A DNA stretch of 32,000 nucleotides from Horticoccus luteus (GTDB taxonomy: Bacteria; Verrucomicrobiota; Verrucomicrobiia; Opitutales; Opitutaceae): positions 3,510,001-3,542,000 of the forward strand of contig NZ_CP080507.1 in NCBI RefSeq assembly GCF_019464535.1. Direction: 5' to 3'. Position 1 is the stretch's first letter. Each line of letters begins with the position of its first letter. The notes beneath the pieces were generated by a model, which was not told the origin of the DNA, searched no databases, and was given only the letters and a program-made list of their open reading frames with translations. Made by a program: the position numbers and the translations under genes. Shown piece by piece: positions 15,079-24,200 of the stretch.

Positions 15079-18069
15079 TCACCGGTCCCGTGCGGGCACG
15101 CTCCACGGCTCCGCCTCAAACCGCCGCTTCTCCGCGTCGCGCTCGATATACGGCACGCCTTTTTCGAGCCACTCCGGTGCGGGCGCGCCGTGCAAGTAGT
15201 GCTCGAAAAACTGCCACATGCGGTGGCTGAAATCCACTTGGTCGGCGCGGCGCGACAGACCGTGCCCTTCGTCGTGATAGTTGAACAACCACACCGGTTT
15301 CTCGTAGCGCCGCAGCGAGAGAAACAACTCCACCGCCTGCTCCCACGGCACCGCGCCATCTCGATCGTTATGCATGATCAACAGCGGCGTCGTCACGTCC
15401 TTCACATGAAACACCGGCGAATTCTCCAGATAGAGCTCCGGCGCATCGGCGAGTGACGCCCCGATGCGGCTCTGCGTTTTCTCATATTGAAACAGCCGCG
15501 GCTGGCCGGAAATCCAGCGGATGCCGCCATACGCACTCGTCATGTTACCCACCACCGCGCCCGCTTCCGCTGCGCGAAAACGATGCGTCTGCGTGATGAG
15601 ATAGGCCGATTGGTAGCCGCCCCACGACGAGCCTTGAATCCCCAGCGCGTTCTCATCCACGTAGCCGCGCGCGATCACCGCATCGAGCGCCGGCAGCACG
15701 CAGTTCAACGCGCTCCGGCCCGGATGCCCGGTCGTGTAAGTAATGTCGGGCAGCAAAATCAGGTAACCGTGGCTCGCGTAGAACGGGAAACTGATGTTCG
15801 ACCCCGGCGACGGCGCGAAAAACCGGTGCACGATCAGCGACAGCCGCTCGTAGGTGTAAACGATGAGCGGATATTTCTTCGTCGGATCAAAGTCCGCCGG
15901 TTTATAGAGCAACGCCTGCAAGGCCACGCCATCGGCGTTGCGGTAATTCACCAGCTCCGCCCTGCCCCATTTAAACGGCGCCAGTTGGGCCTGCCCATCC
16001 GTCACCCGCCGCGGCGCCGTAAAATTTTCGTCGGTGAGATAGACATCGGGAAACTCGTCGAACCGCGACGCCACCATCATCAGCACGTCAGCCCCGAGCG
16101 CGCGCCCGGCGATCCGCCATTCACAATCGCGCCAGAGCAGACGCTGCGGCGCCGCCGCCGCCGTGAAACTCGTCCGAAAATACCCGGTCGCACGCGTCTC
16201 CTCGCTCTCGCCGCGCACGATCAGCGGCCGCGCGGGGTCGAACCCGCGCGACGCATCATCCTCCTCGTGCGCCGCCATGTCCTGCACGCGAAAAATAATC
16301 TTCTGCGCTCGTCCCGCACCGCGGGTCAAATTCCGCGCCGGCGTCCCGTCGACAAATGCCTGCCACGCATCGTAACGGTCATACAGCAGAAGCGACCGGC
16401 TGTCGTCCGCCCATCCTGCCCAGCCATACGGCTTCGCCGCCTCCGGCTGATCGTGCTCTTCATCTTGAAATGCGACTCCCAGCTTCGACGTCAGGTCCCG
16501 GCTCTCGCCGCTCTCCACGTTTATCAGCCGCCATTGCCGGTCGTCGAAATACGCCGCCCAGCGTCCGTCCGGTGACAACGTGATCGCGGGCGTGCCTTCA
16601 TCGCCGGAGTTGCCCCGCAGCTTCCGCAACAGCAGCCGCCGCCCGCCCGTCGCGGTGTTGATCGCATAGATGTCGCCGTAGGTGCCGTCGAAGTCGCGCA
16701 GGCGCAAATACGGGCGGTAATCAAAACCCAGCGCACGCGTGCCATCGTCGCTCACCGCGACTTCCGCGACCGTTTCGTCCGCGATCTGCGTGTAAGCCTG
16801 GCTCGCGAGATCGAGCACGCCGCGAAACGTCCGGCGCCGGTCCGCGCTCGCCCGCACTTCCTGCCGCGACTGGATCAGCCCATCGTTCCAACTCCAGATA
16901 TCGGCGGTCACCTTCTTTTCCGGATCGCGCTCGTCCTTCGGCGCCACCGTCGGAAAAGCCGCCACGCCCACGAAAAGCTTGCGCCCGTCGAACGAAAATT
17001 CCGGCGCCGTATACTCGCTGACCGTCATGCCCGCAGGCATCCCTGGCGTTGTCGCCGAGACGACTTCCTTCGCCGTGCCCTCGCCCCGCCGCCAATGATA
17101 CGCCTTGAATCGCGGCGCGGCCGCCGTCGCATCGTCGCGGTCGCTCAAAAACGCTGCCTGGGTTTGCGTGCGATCCCACGTGAGCTGCACATAACGGCCG
17201 CGGCCCTTGAGCAGCGCAACCGGCGCGGCCTCGTTCCCGGGCGTCACTGCAAACACGCCGTCCTCGTCCGCCTGCGTCGCAGCGACGACGAACAACAGCG
17301 TCCGGCCGTCGCGCGCGAATGAGTAGTCGCTCACCTCCGCGAATCTCCGCTCGGCTCCCGTCGCGAGATTGCGCAGGACGAGCGTCGTTTTGGCCGGTGC
17401 AAGCTTCACGAGCGTATCCGCGTCGCCGCCGCTTTCTGCGCCGCTCCCGGTATTAGCCGGCGACGGACGGCTTGTCGGCGTTTGCGAGAGGTCCTCCGGC
17501 TGCCCAGGGATTTGCTTCGCGTCGGGCTCCCGCAGATACGCCACCCACGCCCCGCCGCGAGCCGGGGTCTGCACGCTTCTCACGCCCTCCACCCGCGTCA
17601 TCTCGCCCGTGGCGAGACGCGTGATCAGGAGCGCTCGTTGAGGCGCGTCGGTTCCTTTCGCCTTCGTCACCCGCGCCGCCGCCTGGTCGGCCGCCGACGG
17701 AAATACAAAGCTCAACAGAAACTCGCCCTCGCTCGTGAACTGGAGTCCAACTGTCGGCCCCGGCGGCTGGCGTTCGTCGATGCGCGTGGGCAGCGGAAAC
17801 GGCGGCGGCGGCGGCTCGCCGGCCGGCGCACGATACTCGCGCGAGGTCTGCCCATTGCGCACCACCACCTCACCATCGCCCTGTTGCGGCATGTAGCTGT
17901 AAGCCAGCCACTGCCCGTCCCGCGACAGCGTGGGCGTGACGATGCTGCGCCACCCGTCAAAGTCATCGGGCGACAACATCCGTTTGCCCTCGCCCGCGTG
18001 CGCCAGCACCGCACCACCGGCAACACACCATGAAACCAACACCAATCGGATAAACCCGCGAAAAGACAT
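15079..18069 (-). CDS. S9-family serine peptidase (prolyl oligopeptidase/dipeptidyl-peptidase-like) with N-terminal beta-propeller
   Basis: The track ORF runs to 18579, but its first 170 codons are Arg/Gly/Ala nonsense. The start MSFRGFIRLVLVSWCVAGGAVLAHA (ATG at 18069-18067) is signal-like and preceded by gaggtg. The catalytic elbow is GIQGSSWGGYQS (Ser codon 15625-15627). The distal motifs are LLIMHNDRDGAVP and YHDEGHGL. Confidence 0.85.
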   Translation of the reverse strand: MSFRGFIRLVLVSWCVAGGAVLAHAGEGKRMLSPDDFDGWRSIVTPTLSRDGQWLAYSYMPQQGDGEVVVRNGQTSREYRAPAGEPPPPPFPLPTRIDERQPPGPTVGLQFTSEGEFLLSFVFPSAADQAAARVTKAKGTDAPQRALLITRLATGEMTRVEGVRSVQTPARGGAWVAYLREPDAKQIPGQPEDLSQTPTSRPSPANTGSGAESGGDADTLVKLAPAKTTLVLRNLATGAERRFAEVSDYSFARDGRTLLFVVAATQADEDGVFAVTPGNEAAPVALLKGRGRYVQLTWDRTQTQAAFLSDRDDATAAAPRFKAYHWRRGEGTAKEVVSATTPGMPAGMTVSEYTAPEFSFDGRKLFVGVAAFPTVAPKDERDPEKKVTADIWSWNDGLIQSRQEVRASADRRRTFRGVLDLASQAYTQIADETVAEVAVSDDGTRALGFDYRPYLRLRDFDGTYGDIYAINTATGGRRLLLRKLRGNSGDEGTPAITLSPDGRWAAYFDDRQWRLINVESGESRDLTSKLGVAFQDEEHDQPEAAKPYGWAGWADDSRSLLLYDRYDAWQAFVDGTPARNLTRGAGRAQKIIFRVQDMAAHEEDDASRGFDPARPLIVRGESEETRATGYFRTSFTAAAAPQRLLWRDCEWRIAGRALGADVLMMVASRFDEFPDVYLTDENFTAPRRVTDGQAQLAPFKWGRAELVNYRNADGVALQALLYKPADFDPTKKYPLIVYTYERLSLIVHRFFAPSPGSNISFPFYASHGYLILLPDITYTTGHPGRSALNCVLPALDAVIARGYVDENALGIQGSSWGGYQSAYLITQTHRFRAAEAGAVVGNMTSAYGGIRWISGQPRLFQYEKTQSRIGASLADAPELYLENSPVFHVKDVTTPLLIMHNDRDGAVPWEQAVELFLSLRRYEKPVWLFNYHDEGHGLSRRADQVDFSHRMWQFFEHYLHGAPAPEWLEKGVPYIERDAEKRRFEAEPWSVPARDR

Positions 18070-18125
18070 CACCTCACGACCTTCGAAACCGAGCCGCTCA
18101 CTGCAAGAAAAGAAGACGGCGGCAG

Positions 18126-18437
18126 TCAGCGCCACCATGCGACCGCGCACGCGCTCACCGCGAGGGCGAGCGCCAGGACGCTCACGACCAGCATCGCACG
18201 CACCCGCTCCTGCAACGCCGCCGCCGCTTCCGCCTGCCGCCGCAGCTCCTCGGCGAGAGACTTGAGTTGCTCGCCGACACCCACGAGCACCTCGCCGGCT
18301 TGCAGCGTTTCCTGTTCCAGCCGCGCCACGCGCTCTTCCACACGCGTTGTCACTTGATTGGCGCGCAGGTCCGTCACGATCCGCGTGGCGCTCGCGATGA
18401 GCGGCCCGATGGCTTTGATGATCGGCGCGATTTGCAT
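18126..18437 (-). CDS. Small hypothetical protein: coiled-coil with a C-terminal transmembrane anchor
   Basis: 103-aa ORF, 56 nt upstream of and co-directional with the S9 peptidase. The heptad-like region is RVARLEQETLQAGEVL...LKSLAEELRRQAEAAAALQERV, followed by the hydrophobic tail MLVVSVLALALAVSACAVAWW. Third codon positions are strongly G/C-biased. It is in a different frame from the spurious extension of the peptidase ORF. Confidence 0.55.
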   Translation of the reverse strand: MQIAPIIKAIGPLIASATRIVTDLRANQVTTRVEERVARLEQETLQAGEVLVGVGEQLKSLAEELRRQAEAAAALQERVRAMLVVSVLALALAVSACAVAWWR

Positions 18438-18590
18438 GCGGTAACCAAGTGCCGGAAACCCCCGCGGACAAGCCGCCCCGACACTTCGCTCCGCCGGGCC
18501 CGACGGGTTGCGCCTTGACCAGCCGCACCGCGCGGAGCACGAAACAGCCTCCGCGCGCGCGAAACTTCTTCAACTGCACGCCTCGCTTCC

Positions 18591-19157
18591 ATGCTTTCCC
18601 AGTCTCTTCCTGCGCAACTCGGCCTGACGTATTTTCTCTCCGAAATTTTCGTGCGTTTCGCGCGCCGCTCGGATCAGCACGCCCAACACTCCGACGCCGG
18701 CTCGCTTCGATGGTTGTGGATCTCCATCGCGCTCGGCATCGGCGGCGCGGTGGCTGCGCAAACGTATTTCCCCGCCGGGTATTTCGCGCTTTCCCCGCGG
18801 ACCGCGACGGCGTTGGTCGCCGTGTTTGGTCTCGGCCTCGCGTTGCGATGGTGGGCGATTCTTGTCCTCGGTCGCTTCTTCACGGTCGATGTCGCCATCG
18901 CCGCCGATCATGAACTCGTCGTTCGCGGCCCTTATCGTTTCGTGCGCCATCCCTCTTACAGCGGCATGATGCTCGCGTTTGCCGCCCTCGCCGCGACGTT
19001 TCAAAACTGGCTTTCGTTCGTCTTCGTCCTCGTGCCGATTTCACTCGGCCTCGCCTATCGCATCCGCGTCGAAGAACACGCGCTGGTGCAAGGCCTCGGC
19101 GATGCCTATCGCCGCTACCAGAAAACCACGAAGCGGCTGATTCCTGGCGTGTATTGA
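18591..19157 (+). CDS. Isoprenylcysteine carboxyl methyltransferase (ICMT)/phospholipid methyltransferase-family membrane protein
   Basis: 188-aa ORF with several hydrophobic helices. The family signature GPYRFVRHPSYSGMMLAFAALA and the downstream EE..L motif (RVEEHALVQGLGDAYRRY) are present. Confidence 0.8.
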   Translation: MLSQSLPAQLGLTYFLSEIFVRFARRSDQHAQHSDAGSLRWLWISIALGIGGAVAAQTYFPAGYFALSPRTATALVAVFGLGLALRWWAILVLGRFFTVDVAIAADHELVVRGPYRFVRHPSYSGMMLAFAALAATFQNWLSFVFVLVPISLGLAYRIRVEEHALVQGLGDAYRRYQKTTKRLIPGVY

Positions 19158-19280
19158 GCTGCGCGCGTCGGGCCGTCGCTGATCGCGCGACTTGAGAAAA
19201 TCGGGGGCCGCGTAAGGCAGTGCAGGCCCCCGCGACATCGGGTTTGCCAGTCATCCGGCAACCCGCCATGCCTGCGCGCC

Positions 19281-20519
19281 GTGAATCTTTCCGCCGCCAT
19301 CGCCACGACTCGGAGCTACATCGACGCCAATTGGGAAAAGACGTTTCGTGACTCGCGCGCCGAGTCCGTCCGCGAGTTTCCCCTTCCGCGCCCGCACACC
19401 GTGCCCTCGACCGATCCCACGATGTGGCTGTTTTTCTATTGGGACACCTACTTCACCAACCTTGGCCTTCTCCGCCAAGGCCGCGCCGCGCAGGCGTTGA
19501 ACAACGCCGAGAACGTCCTCCATTGCATTGAGCAACTCGGTTTCGTGCCCAACATCTCCGTCCGCATCGCGCTCAATCGCTCGCAAGTCCCCGTCTCCGC
19601 CCCGCTCTTCGCCGACATCTATCGCCACACGCAGGACCGCGCTTTTCTGCCCCGCGCTTACGCGGCACTCGTAAAAGAATACGCGTTCTGGATGGCGCTC
19701 CGCACGGCCCCCAACGGCCTCGCGACGTGTGGCACGCACGCCGATCCCGTCACGCTCGCCGATTTCTACAAAGTGATCAGCCACCGCCTGCGCGACATCC
19801 CCGAGGAGCCCGCGGCGCGCCTGGTTTACCTCAAGCACAAGATGGCCGAATGCGAAGTGTGGGATTTCAATCCCCGCTTCAGCCAACGCGCCGCCGACTT
19901 CAATCCTGTCGACACCAACGGCGTGCTCTTCCTCTTCGAAACCATCGCCGGCGATTTCGCACACGACCTCGGGCTCTCCTCCGACGAACAACTCTGGCGC
20001 GACCGCGCCAGCCACCGTCGCGCCCTCGTCGACCGCTACCTTTGGAACGAACAACGCGGTTACTACTTCGACTACGATTGGGCGAACCAACGCCCTGGCT
20101 CCGTCGTCTCCGCTGCGCCGTATTTTGCGCTCTGGTCCGGCATCTGCTCGGACGCCCAGGCCGCCGCGCTCGTGCGCAACCTCCCGCTGGTCGAGCGCGC
20201 CCACGGTCTCATCACCTGCGCCGAAGGTAGCAACACCTCCGCCAACACTTACCAATGGGATGCCCCCAACGCCTGGCCGCCGATCCAGACCGCGGCGCTC
20301 CTCGGCCTCCTGCGCTATGGTTACGTCGCCGAGGCAAAACGCCTCGCCGAAAAATACGTGCTCACGTGCGCACGCAATCTCGAGCAGACCGGCCAGCTCT
20401 GGGAAAAGTATAACGCGCTGACCGGCGGCATCGATGTCGCCGACGAATACAAAATGCCGCCGATGATGGGCTGGACCGCCGGCGGCTTCCTCCACGCCGC
20501 CGAGGTGCTCGAGCGCTGA
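19281..20519 (+). CDS. Glycoside hydrolase family 37 (trehalase)-like protein, short form without signal peptide
   Basis: 412-aa ORF starting at GTG 19281; the first ATG is codon 48 at 19422. YQWDAPNAWPP matches the trehalase signature Q-W-D-x-P-x-[GAV]-W-[PAS]-P. YWDTYFTNLGL and LWEKYNALTG...MMGWTAGGFL resemble the other conserved trehalase blocks. Confidence 0.7.
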   Translation: MNLSAAIATTRSYIDANWEKTFRDSRAESVREFPLPRPHTVPSTDPTMWLFFYWDTYFTNLGLLRQGRAAQALNNAENVLHCIEQLGFVPNISVRIALNRSQVPVSAPLFADIYRHTQDRAFLPRAYAALVKEYAFWMALRTAPNGLATCGTHADPVTLADFYKVISHRLRDIPEEPAARLVYLKHKMAECEVWDFNPRFSQRAADFNPVDTNGVLFLFETIAGDFAHDLGLSSDEQLWRDRASHRRALVDRYLWNEQRGYYFDYDWANQRPGSVVSAAPYFALWSGICSDAQAAALVRNLPLVERAHGLITCAEGSNTSANTYQWDAPNAWPPIQTAALLGLLRYGYVAEAKRLAEKYVLTCARNLEQTGQLWEKYNALTGGIDVADEYKMPPMMGWTAGGFLHAAEVLER

Positions 20520-20657
20520 CTCGCGCTGCCACGAAGAAAATCCGCCACTTCACCCGACCGGCGCCGGAAAACGCGCCGCGAAAACGCTTGGTGCAAAACC
20601 GTGCTCCGCCCAGCGACGCCGTCGCCGTCGATGCGGCGTGCCGGGCGCTGGTGATGT

Positions 20658-22694
20658 CTACCGCAATGGCGCTTCGTCGGACGATCTGAGCGGCTTGATC
20701 GACGCTTTCAGCATCTCTCCCCACTCCGCCCAGCGCTTGCCTTGAGTGCCGGCGAGGCGCTGCACGCCGCAGATATCCTCGTAGATGTTTTCCATGTAAA
20801 ACATCGATTCCCAGTTGATGTTGAGATCGTGCTGATGCTCTCGCCTAAACTCCAGGAGCGCGTTCGTCGCCGCGGTCTTTTCCGCATCGCTCGCGGCGCT
20901 CAAGAGCTCATTACACCGCATCGCGTGAAATTTGAGTCGGCTGTGCTGGTTGGCCAGTTGCAGGTTTTCCACTCTCGCACGCGTCGCTGGCGAGAGGTCC
21001 GGCCGCAGGGCCGCGCCGAGCAGCGCGTCGGTCGCGTCAAAATCCCCTTCCGTGTAGAGGAGGCTGGTGAGCTGCATGAGCTTGTCGTTCACCTCTCGCA
21101 GCTTTCCGCTCATCGCGACGATCCGCTCGCGATTCGGCTGGATACGCTCGTTCCAAATCTGCCGCCAGTAGCGGTGATAGTCGCGGATTGCGCCGCTCGC
21201 GGCGCCAAACCCCGCGCAATACTCCTCCTCCCACTCCGCAAAGGTCCGCTCCGGCCGATAAAACGCCCGCGCCATGATGTAATTGGTCATCCCCGACACC
21301 GGCCAATAGCCCCAGCACGTGTCGTAGTCGGTTCCCGTGAGGTGAAACGCGCTGTTCGCGAGTTGCATCTTCTCGAACATGTTTTGCTCGAAACCCAGCG
21401 GCAGTCCCGTGTCGTCGCACTGATCGTTGGGCCGCAGATAAACTTCCTTCGCCCCCGCGGCCTTCCACGCGGCGTAGAATCCTCGCAACTCCTCCTCCGA
21501 GGAGAAATGGCTCGTGATGAAAAAAATCACCACTCCGTCGGCGACCTTCTCGCGCCGCGGCGGCGACCGGTAGGCGCTGTAGGCGTAATACGTGGTTTTC
21601 GCGGCCGGATCGTATTTCAACGCTTCCGCCTGGACCGCGTTGGCGAAACGCAGATACCGGTCGGTGAGCGGCAATTCGGTCGAATCCACATCGAGGTTTT
21701 CTTCGCCCGGCAGCCGCACATCCCATGCCGCGCACTGCGGGCAACGGCAGAAACCACGGCTGTCGTTTTCGCACGCGTTCACCACGTGACCACGGCCCGC
21801 CGTGAAGTGCCGTCGCGCCACTTCGCGCGCCAGCGCCGGATTGCTCACGCACATTTTAATGCGGTCCGGCGCACCCTGCATGATCTCCGCCGCGGGCGCC
21901 CGCTTCCCTGCACGATTCAACGCGAAAAACTCCGGATGCTCCGCTCCGTATTCGAGCCACCATTCGGTGAACGCATGCCCGTAGAAAAACTGCACGCTGC
22001 GGCCCATCCGCATCCGCCGCTGCCACACGGCTTCGTCGGCCCGGCGCCGGACATATTCGTCGGTGTCGAAGATGAACGCCGCCGGCACGCTGCCGCGCGA
22101 GAGCGCCATCTTGCGCAGGTTGTCGGTGTAGGCGGGCCGCATGTGCCGCTGCCGCAGCGCGGGCACCCACGCGCCCCGCTCCACCGGCAACGCGAAACGA
22201 TCCTCAGGCGTAAACGCCACACCCGCCGCGCCCGGCTCCAGCCACCGCACGCCCAGCTTCTGCTCCAGCAATTCATACACGGCATACAACGTGCCCGTGC
22301 GATTCTCCTTCGCCGTCGCCGTCTCGCGCGCATCGCCCCGGTCAACATTGACCGCATCATCGCCGAACAACCAGACGCCCTCCGGCGCGATCACCCAGCG
22401 CGCCTCTTCCGGTGCGAGCGGCCGATCGTCGCCCGCCGGGCGCACGCCCACATGCAGCGCAAACTCGCCCGCGCTCGCCTGCGTGCGCACCGGCACGTCG
22501 CGTCCGCCGATCAACGTCAGGTGCGTTCGCAATTCTTCCGCCGCGAAAGCCACGACGGCATTCGCGTTTCCCGGCACCACGATGACGCAGTCCGCCGGTT
22601 TTACCGCGAGTCGCTTCGCATTCTCCGCGCTGGCGAACAGTCCGCCCGTCGCGCACGCCGAAACGACCACCCAAAGAAGTATGTTTTTCATCAT
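20658..22694 (-). CDS. DUF4838-like secreted protein (putative glycoside-hydrolase-related)
   Basis: 678-aa ORF with signal-like MMKNILLWVVVSACATGGLFASA. The N-terminal ...VVFAAEELRTHLTLIGG segment and the Cys cluster CVSNP...FCRCPQCAAWD match my recollection of DUF4838 proteins. This is a family call from memory only. Confidence 0.6.
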   Translation of the reverse strand: MMKNILLWVVVSACATGGLFASAENAKRLAVKPADCVIVVPGNANAVVAFAAEELRTHLTLIGGRDVPVRTQASAGEFALHVGVRPAGDDRPLAPEEARWVIAPEGVWLFGDDAVNVDRGDARETATAKENRTGTLYAVYELLEQKLGVRWLEPGAAGVAFTPEDRFALPVERGAWVPALRQRHMRPAYTDNLRKMALSRGSVPAAFIFDTDEYVRRRADEAVWQRRMRMGRSVQFFYGHAFTEWWLEYGAEHPEFFALNRAGKRAPAAEIMQGAPDRIKMCVSNPALAREVARRHFTAGRGHVVNACENDSRGFCRCPQCAAWDVRLPGEENLDVDSTELPLTDRYLRFANAVQAEALKYDPAAKTTYYAYSAYRSPPRREKVADGVVIFFITSHFSSEEELRGFYAAWKAAGAKEVYLRPNDQCDDTGLPLGFEQNMFEKMQLANSAFHLTGTDYDTCWGYWPVSGMTNYIMARAFYRPERTFAEWEEEYCAGFGAASGAIRDYHRYWRQIWNERIQPNRERIVAMSGKLREVNDKLMQLTSLLYTEGDFDATDALLGAALRPDLSPATRARVENLQLANQHSRLKFHAMRCNELLSAASDAEKTAATNALLEFRREHQHDLNINWESMFYMENIYEDICGVQRLAGTQGKRWAEWGEMLKASIKPLRSSDEAPLR

Positions 22695-22747
22695 GTCAGA
22701 ATTCTCTTTTTTCTCCCGTCGCGGCGGTTGCCGCGCACCAGGCCAAC

Positions 22748-24136
22748 TCAGCGCGGCGCGGCTGCGCCCTTCACCGGCACGTAGTCATACGTGCGTCCCT
22801 CAAAGCGGATTTCAAACGCCGGATTTTGCATCAGCTTGATGATTTCCGCGCCCGCCAGCAGCATCGGGCCATAGCCTTGCAACGCTGCGAAATGCACCGG
22901 GCGGTTGTAGTAATACACTTGGTCCCCCGCGTAATTCGTCGCGACTACAGAACCCTCCACGCGTCCGGCCCAATCGATCTTCGTCGACAACGCCGCCCAG
23001 CCAGCCTGCGCAATCGGTCCGTAAACCACGGGGCTGATCCAGCCCTGATTGATCGCGTGCGCAATCGCGTAGGTGAACATCGCCGTGCCTGACGTTTCGA
23101 GGAACGAATCATTGCGATCGATCATCTGGTGCCAGAAACCCGAGCCCGATTGATATTGCGCCACGCCCCGGAGCGCGGCGCGAAGCTGCGCAAGCACGGC
23201 CTCGCGCCTGGGATGATCCGCCGGCAGCACGTCGAGCAGGTCGCACATCGCCACCACCGTCCAGCCCATGCCGCGTCCCCAGTAGAAGTGAGGCGCATCG
23301 GGATTGTTCGCGCTCCAGCCGTGCGTGTAGAGGCCGGTCGACGAATCATACAAGCGGGCCGACATGCCCAGCGCGTTTTGCACGGCATCGTCGAACCACT
23401 TGCGCTCACCCGTGAGGTGACCCAGCTCCGCCAGTGCGGGCACGCCCATGTAGAAATCGTCCGCCCAGACCGACTGCGCCTGCGGGTGCTCGCGCGCCAG
23501 CGTGCCGTCGCTCAATCGGAATTGCTTGTGCGCAATCCAGTCCGCCCACGTGTCGATCACCGACTGCAAATCCGGCCCCACGCCGGCGAGGCGGGCACGC
23601 ACGACGGCGGTGCACATCGCGCCGCTGTCGTCGAGCGACCGGGGCGCGATCGCTTTGAAAAAGTCTCCGCGCTGATATCCAAATTTCGCCTCGACCGCCC
23701 GGAAATATGGCAGGTGTTGCGCGATGAACGTGAACCGCCGCTCCACGAAATCGGCGAAGCGCGTATCGCCAGTGACCTTCGCCGCGTAGAGCATGCCGGA
23801 ATACACCACTCCCATTTCATAGGAAATGATGCCGTTGCCCGCCTTGCCATCGTCCACCCGCGCCGTTTTTACCGGCGACGAAAAGTCGGTGATCTCTTTC
23901 CCGGTCGCACGATCCTCGATGCGAAGAGGCGAAACGCGGTCCAGATAATCGCGCACGCGGCCCAGCGCCTCGGTGATTTCCGGCACCGTCGGCCGCTGAT
24001 AGGGCACGGGATAAGTGCCCTCGCCGAGATCGCGCGGATTCTTCGCGTCGCGATTGCGATACGGACCTTCCGCCAGCGCGGAAGCCGCGCCCAGCGCGAA
24101 CGAAAGAACAACGACGGCGATTTTGTGCAGAGTCAT
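22748..24136 (-). CDS. GH88/GH105-family unsaturated uronyl (rhamnogalacturonyl/glucuronyl) hydrolase
   Basis: 462-aa ORF with a signal-like N-terminus. The characteristic blocks are WADDFYMGVPALAELG, YWGRGMGWTVVAM and ETSGTAMFTYAIAHAINQGW. Confidence 0.8.
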   Translation of the reverse strand: MTLHKIAVVVLSFALGAASALAEGPYRNRDAKNPRDLGEGTYPVPYQRPTVPEITEALGRVRDYLDRVSPLRIEDRATGKEITDFSSPVKTARVDDGKAGNGIISYEMGVVYSGMLYAAKVTGDTRFADFVERRFTFIAQHLPYFRAVEAKFGYQRGDFFKAIAPRSLDDSGAMCTAVVRARLAGVGPDLQSVIDTWADWIAHKQFRLSDGTLAREHPQAQSVWADDFYMGVPALAELGHLTGERKWFDDAVQNALGMSARLYDSSTGLYTHGWSANNPDAPHFYWGRGMGWTVVAMCDLLDVLPADHPRREAVLAQLRAALRGVAQYQSGSGFWHQMIDRNDSFLETSGTAMFTYAIAHAINQGWISPVVYGPIAQAGWAALSTKIDWAGRVEGSVVATNYAGDQVYYYNRPVHFAALQGYGPMLLAGAEIIKLMQNPAFEIRFEGRTYDYVPVKGAAAPR

Positions 24137-24200
24137 GACGGAATGAATTCGGATGCAAACGACGACGCGCCGCAGGGTTCATAGGCGCGCGGCCGTGGCG

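Noticed and set aside
18070-18579. 170-codon N-terminal extension of the S9 peptidase ORF
   Set aside because: The translation is Arg/Gly/Ala-rich and non-protein-like. An internal ATG at 18069 yields a signal peptide and is preceded by gaggtg. The region is better explained by the 103-aa ORF in another frame.
19251-20495. 414-aa minus-strand ORF antisense to the GH37-like gene
   Set aside because: The composition is Gly/Ala/Arg/Glu-biased. The plus frame carries the exact trehalase signature QWDAPNAWPP.
20742-22784. 680-aa plus-strand ORF antisense to the DUF4838-like gene
   Set aside because: The translation is Arg/His-rich and low-complexity. The opposite frame has a signal peptide and balanced composition (W, Y, N, K, F).
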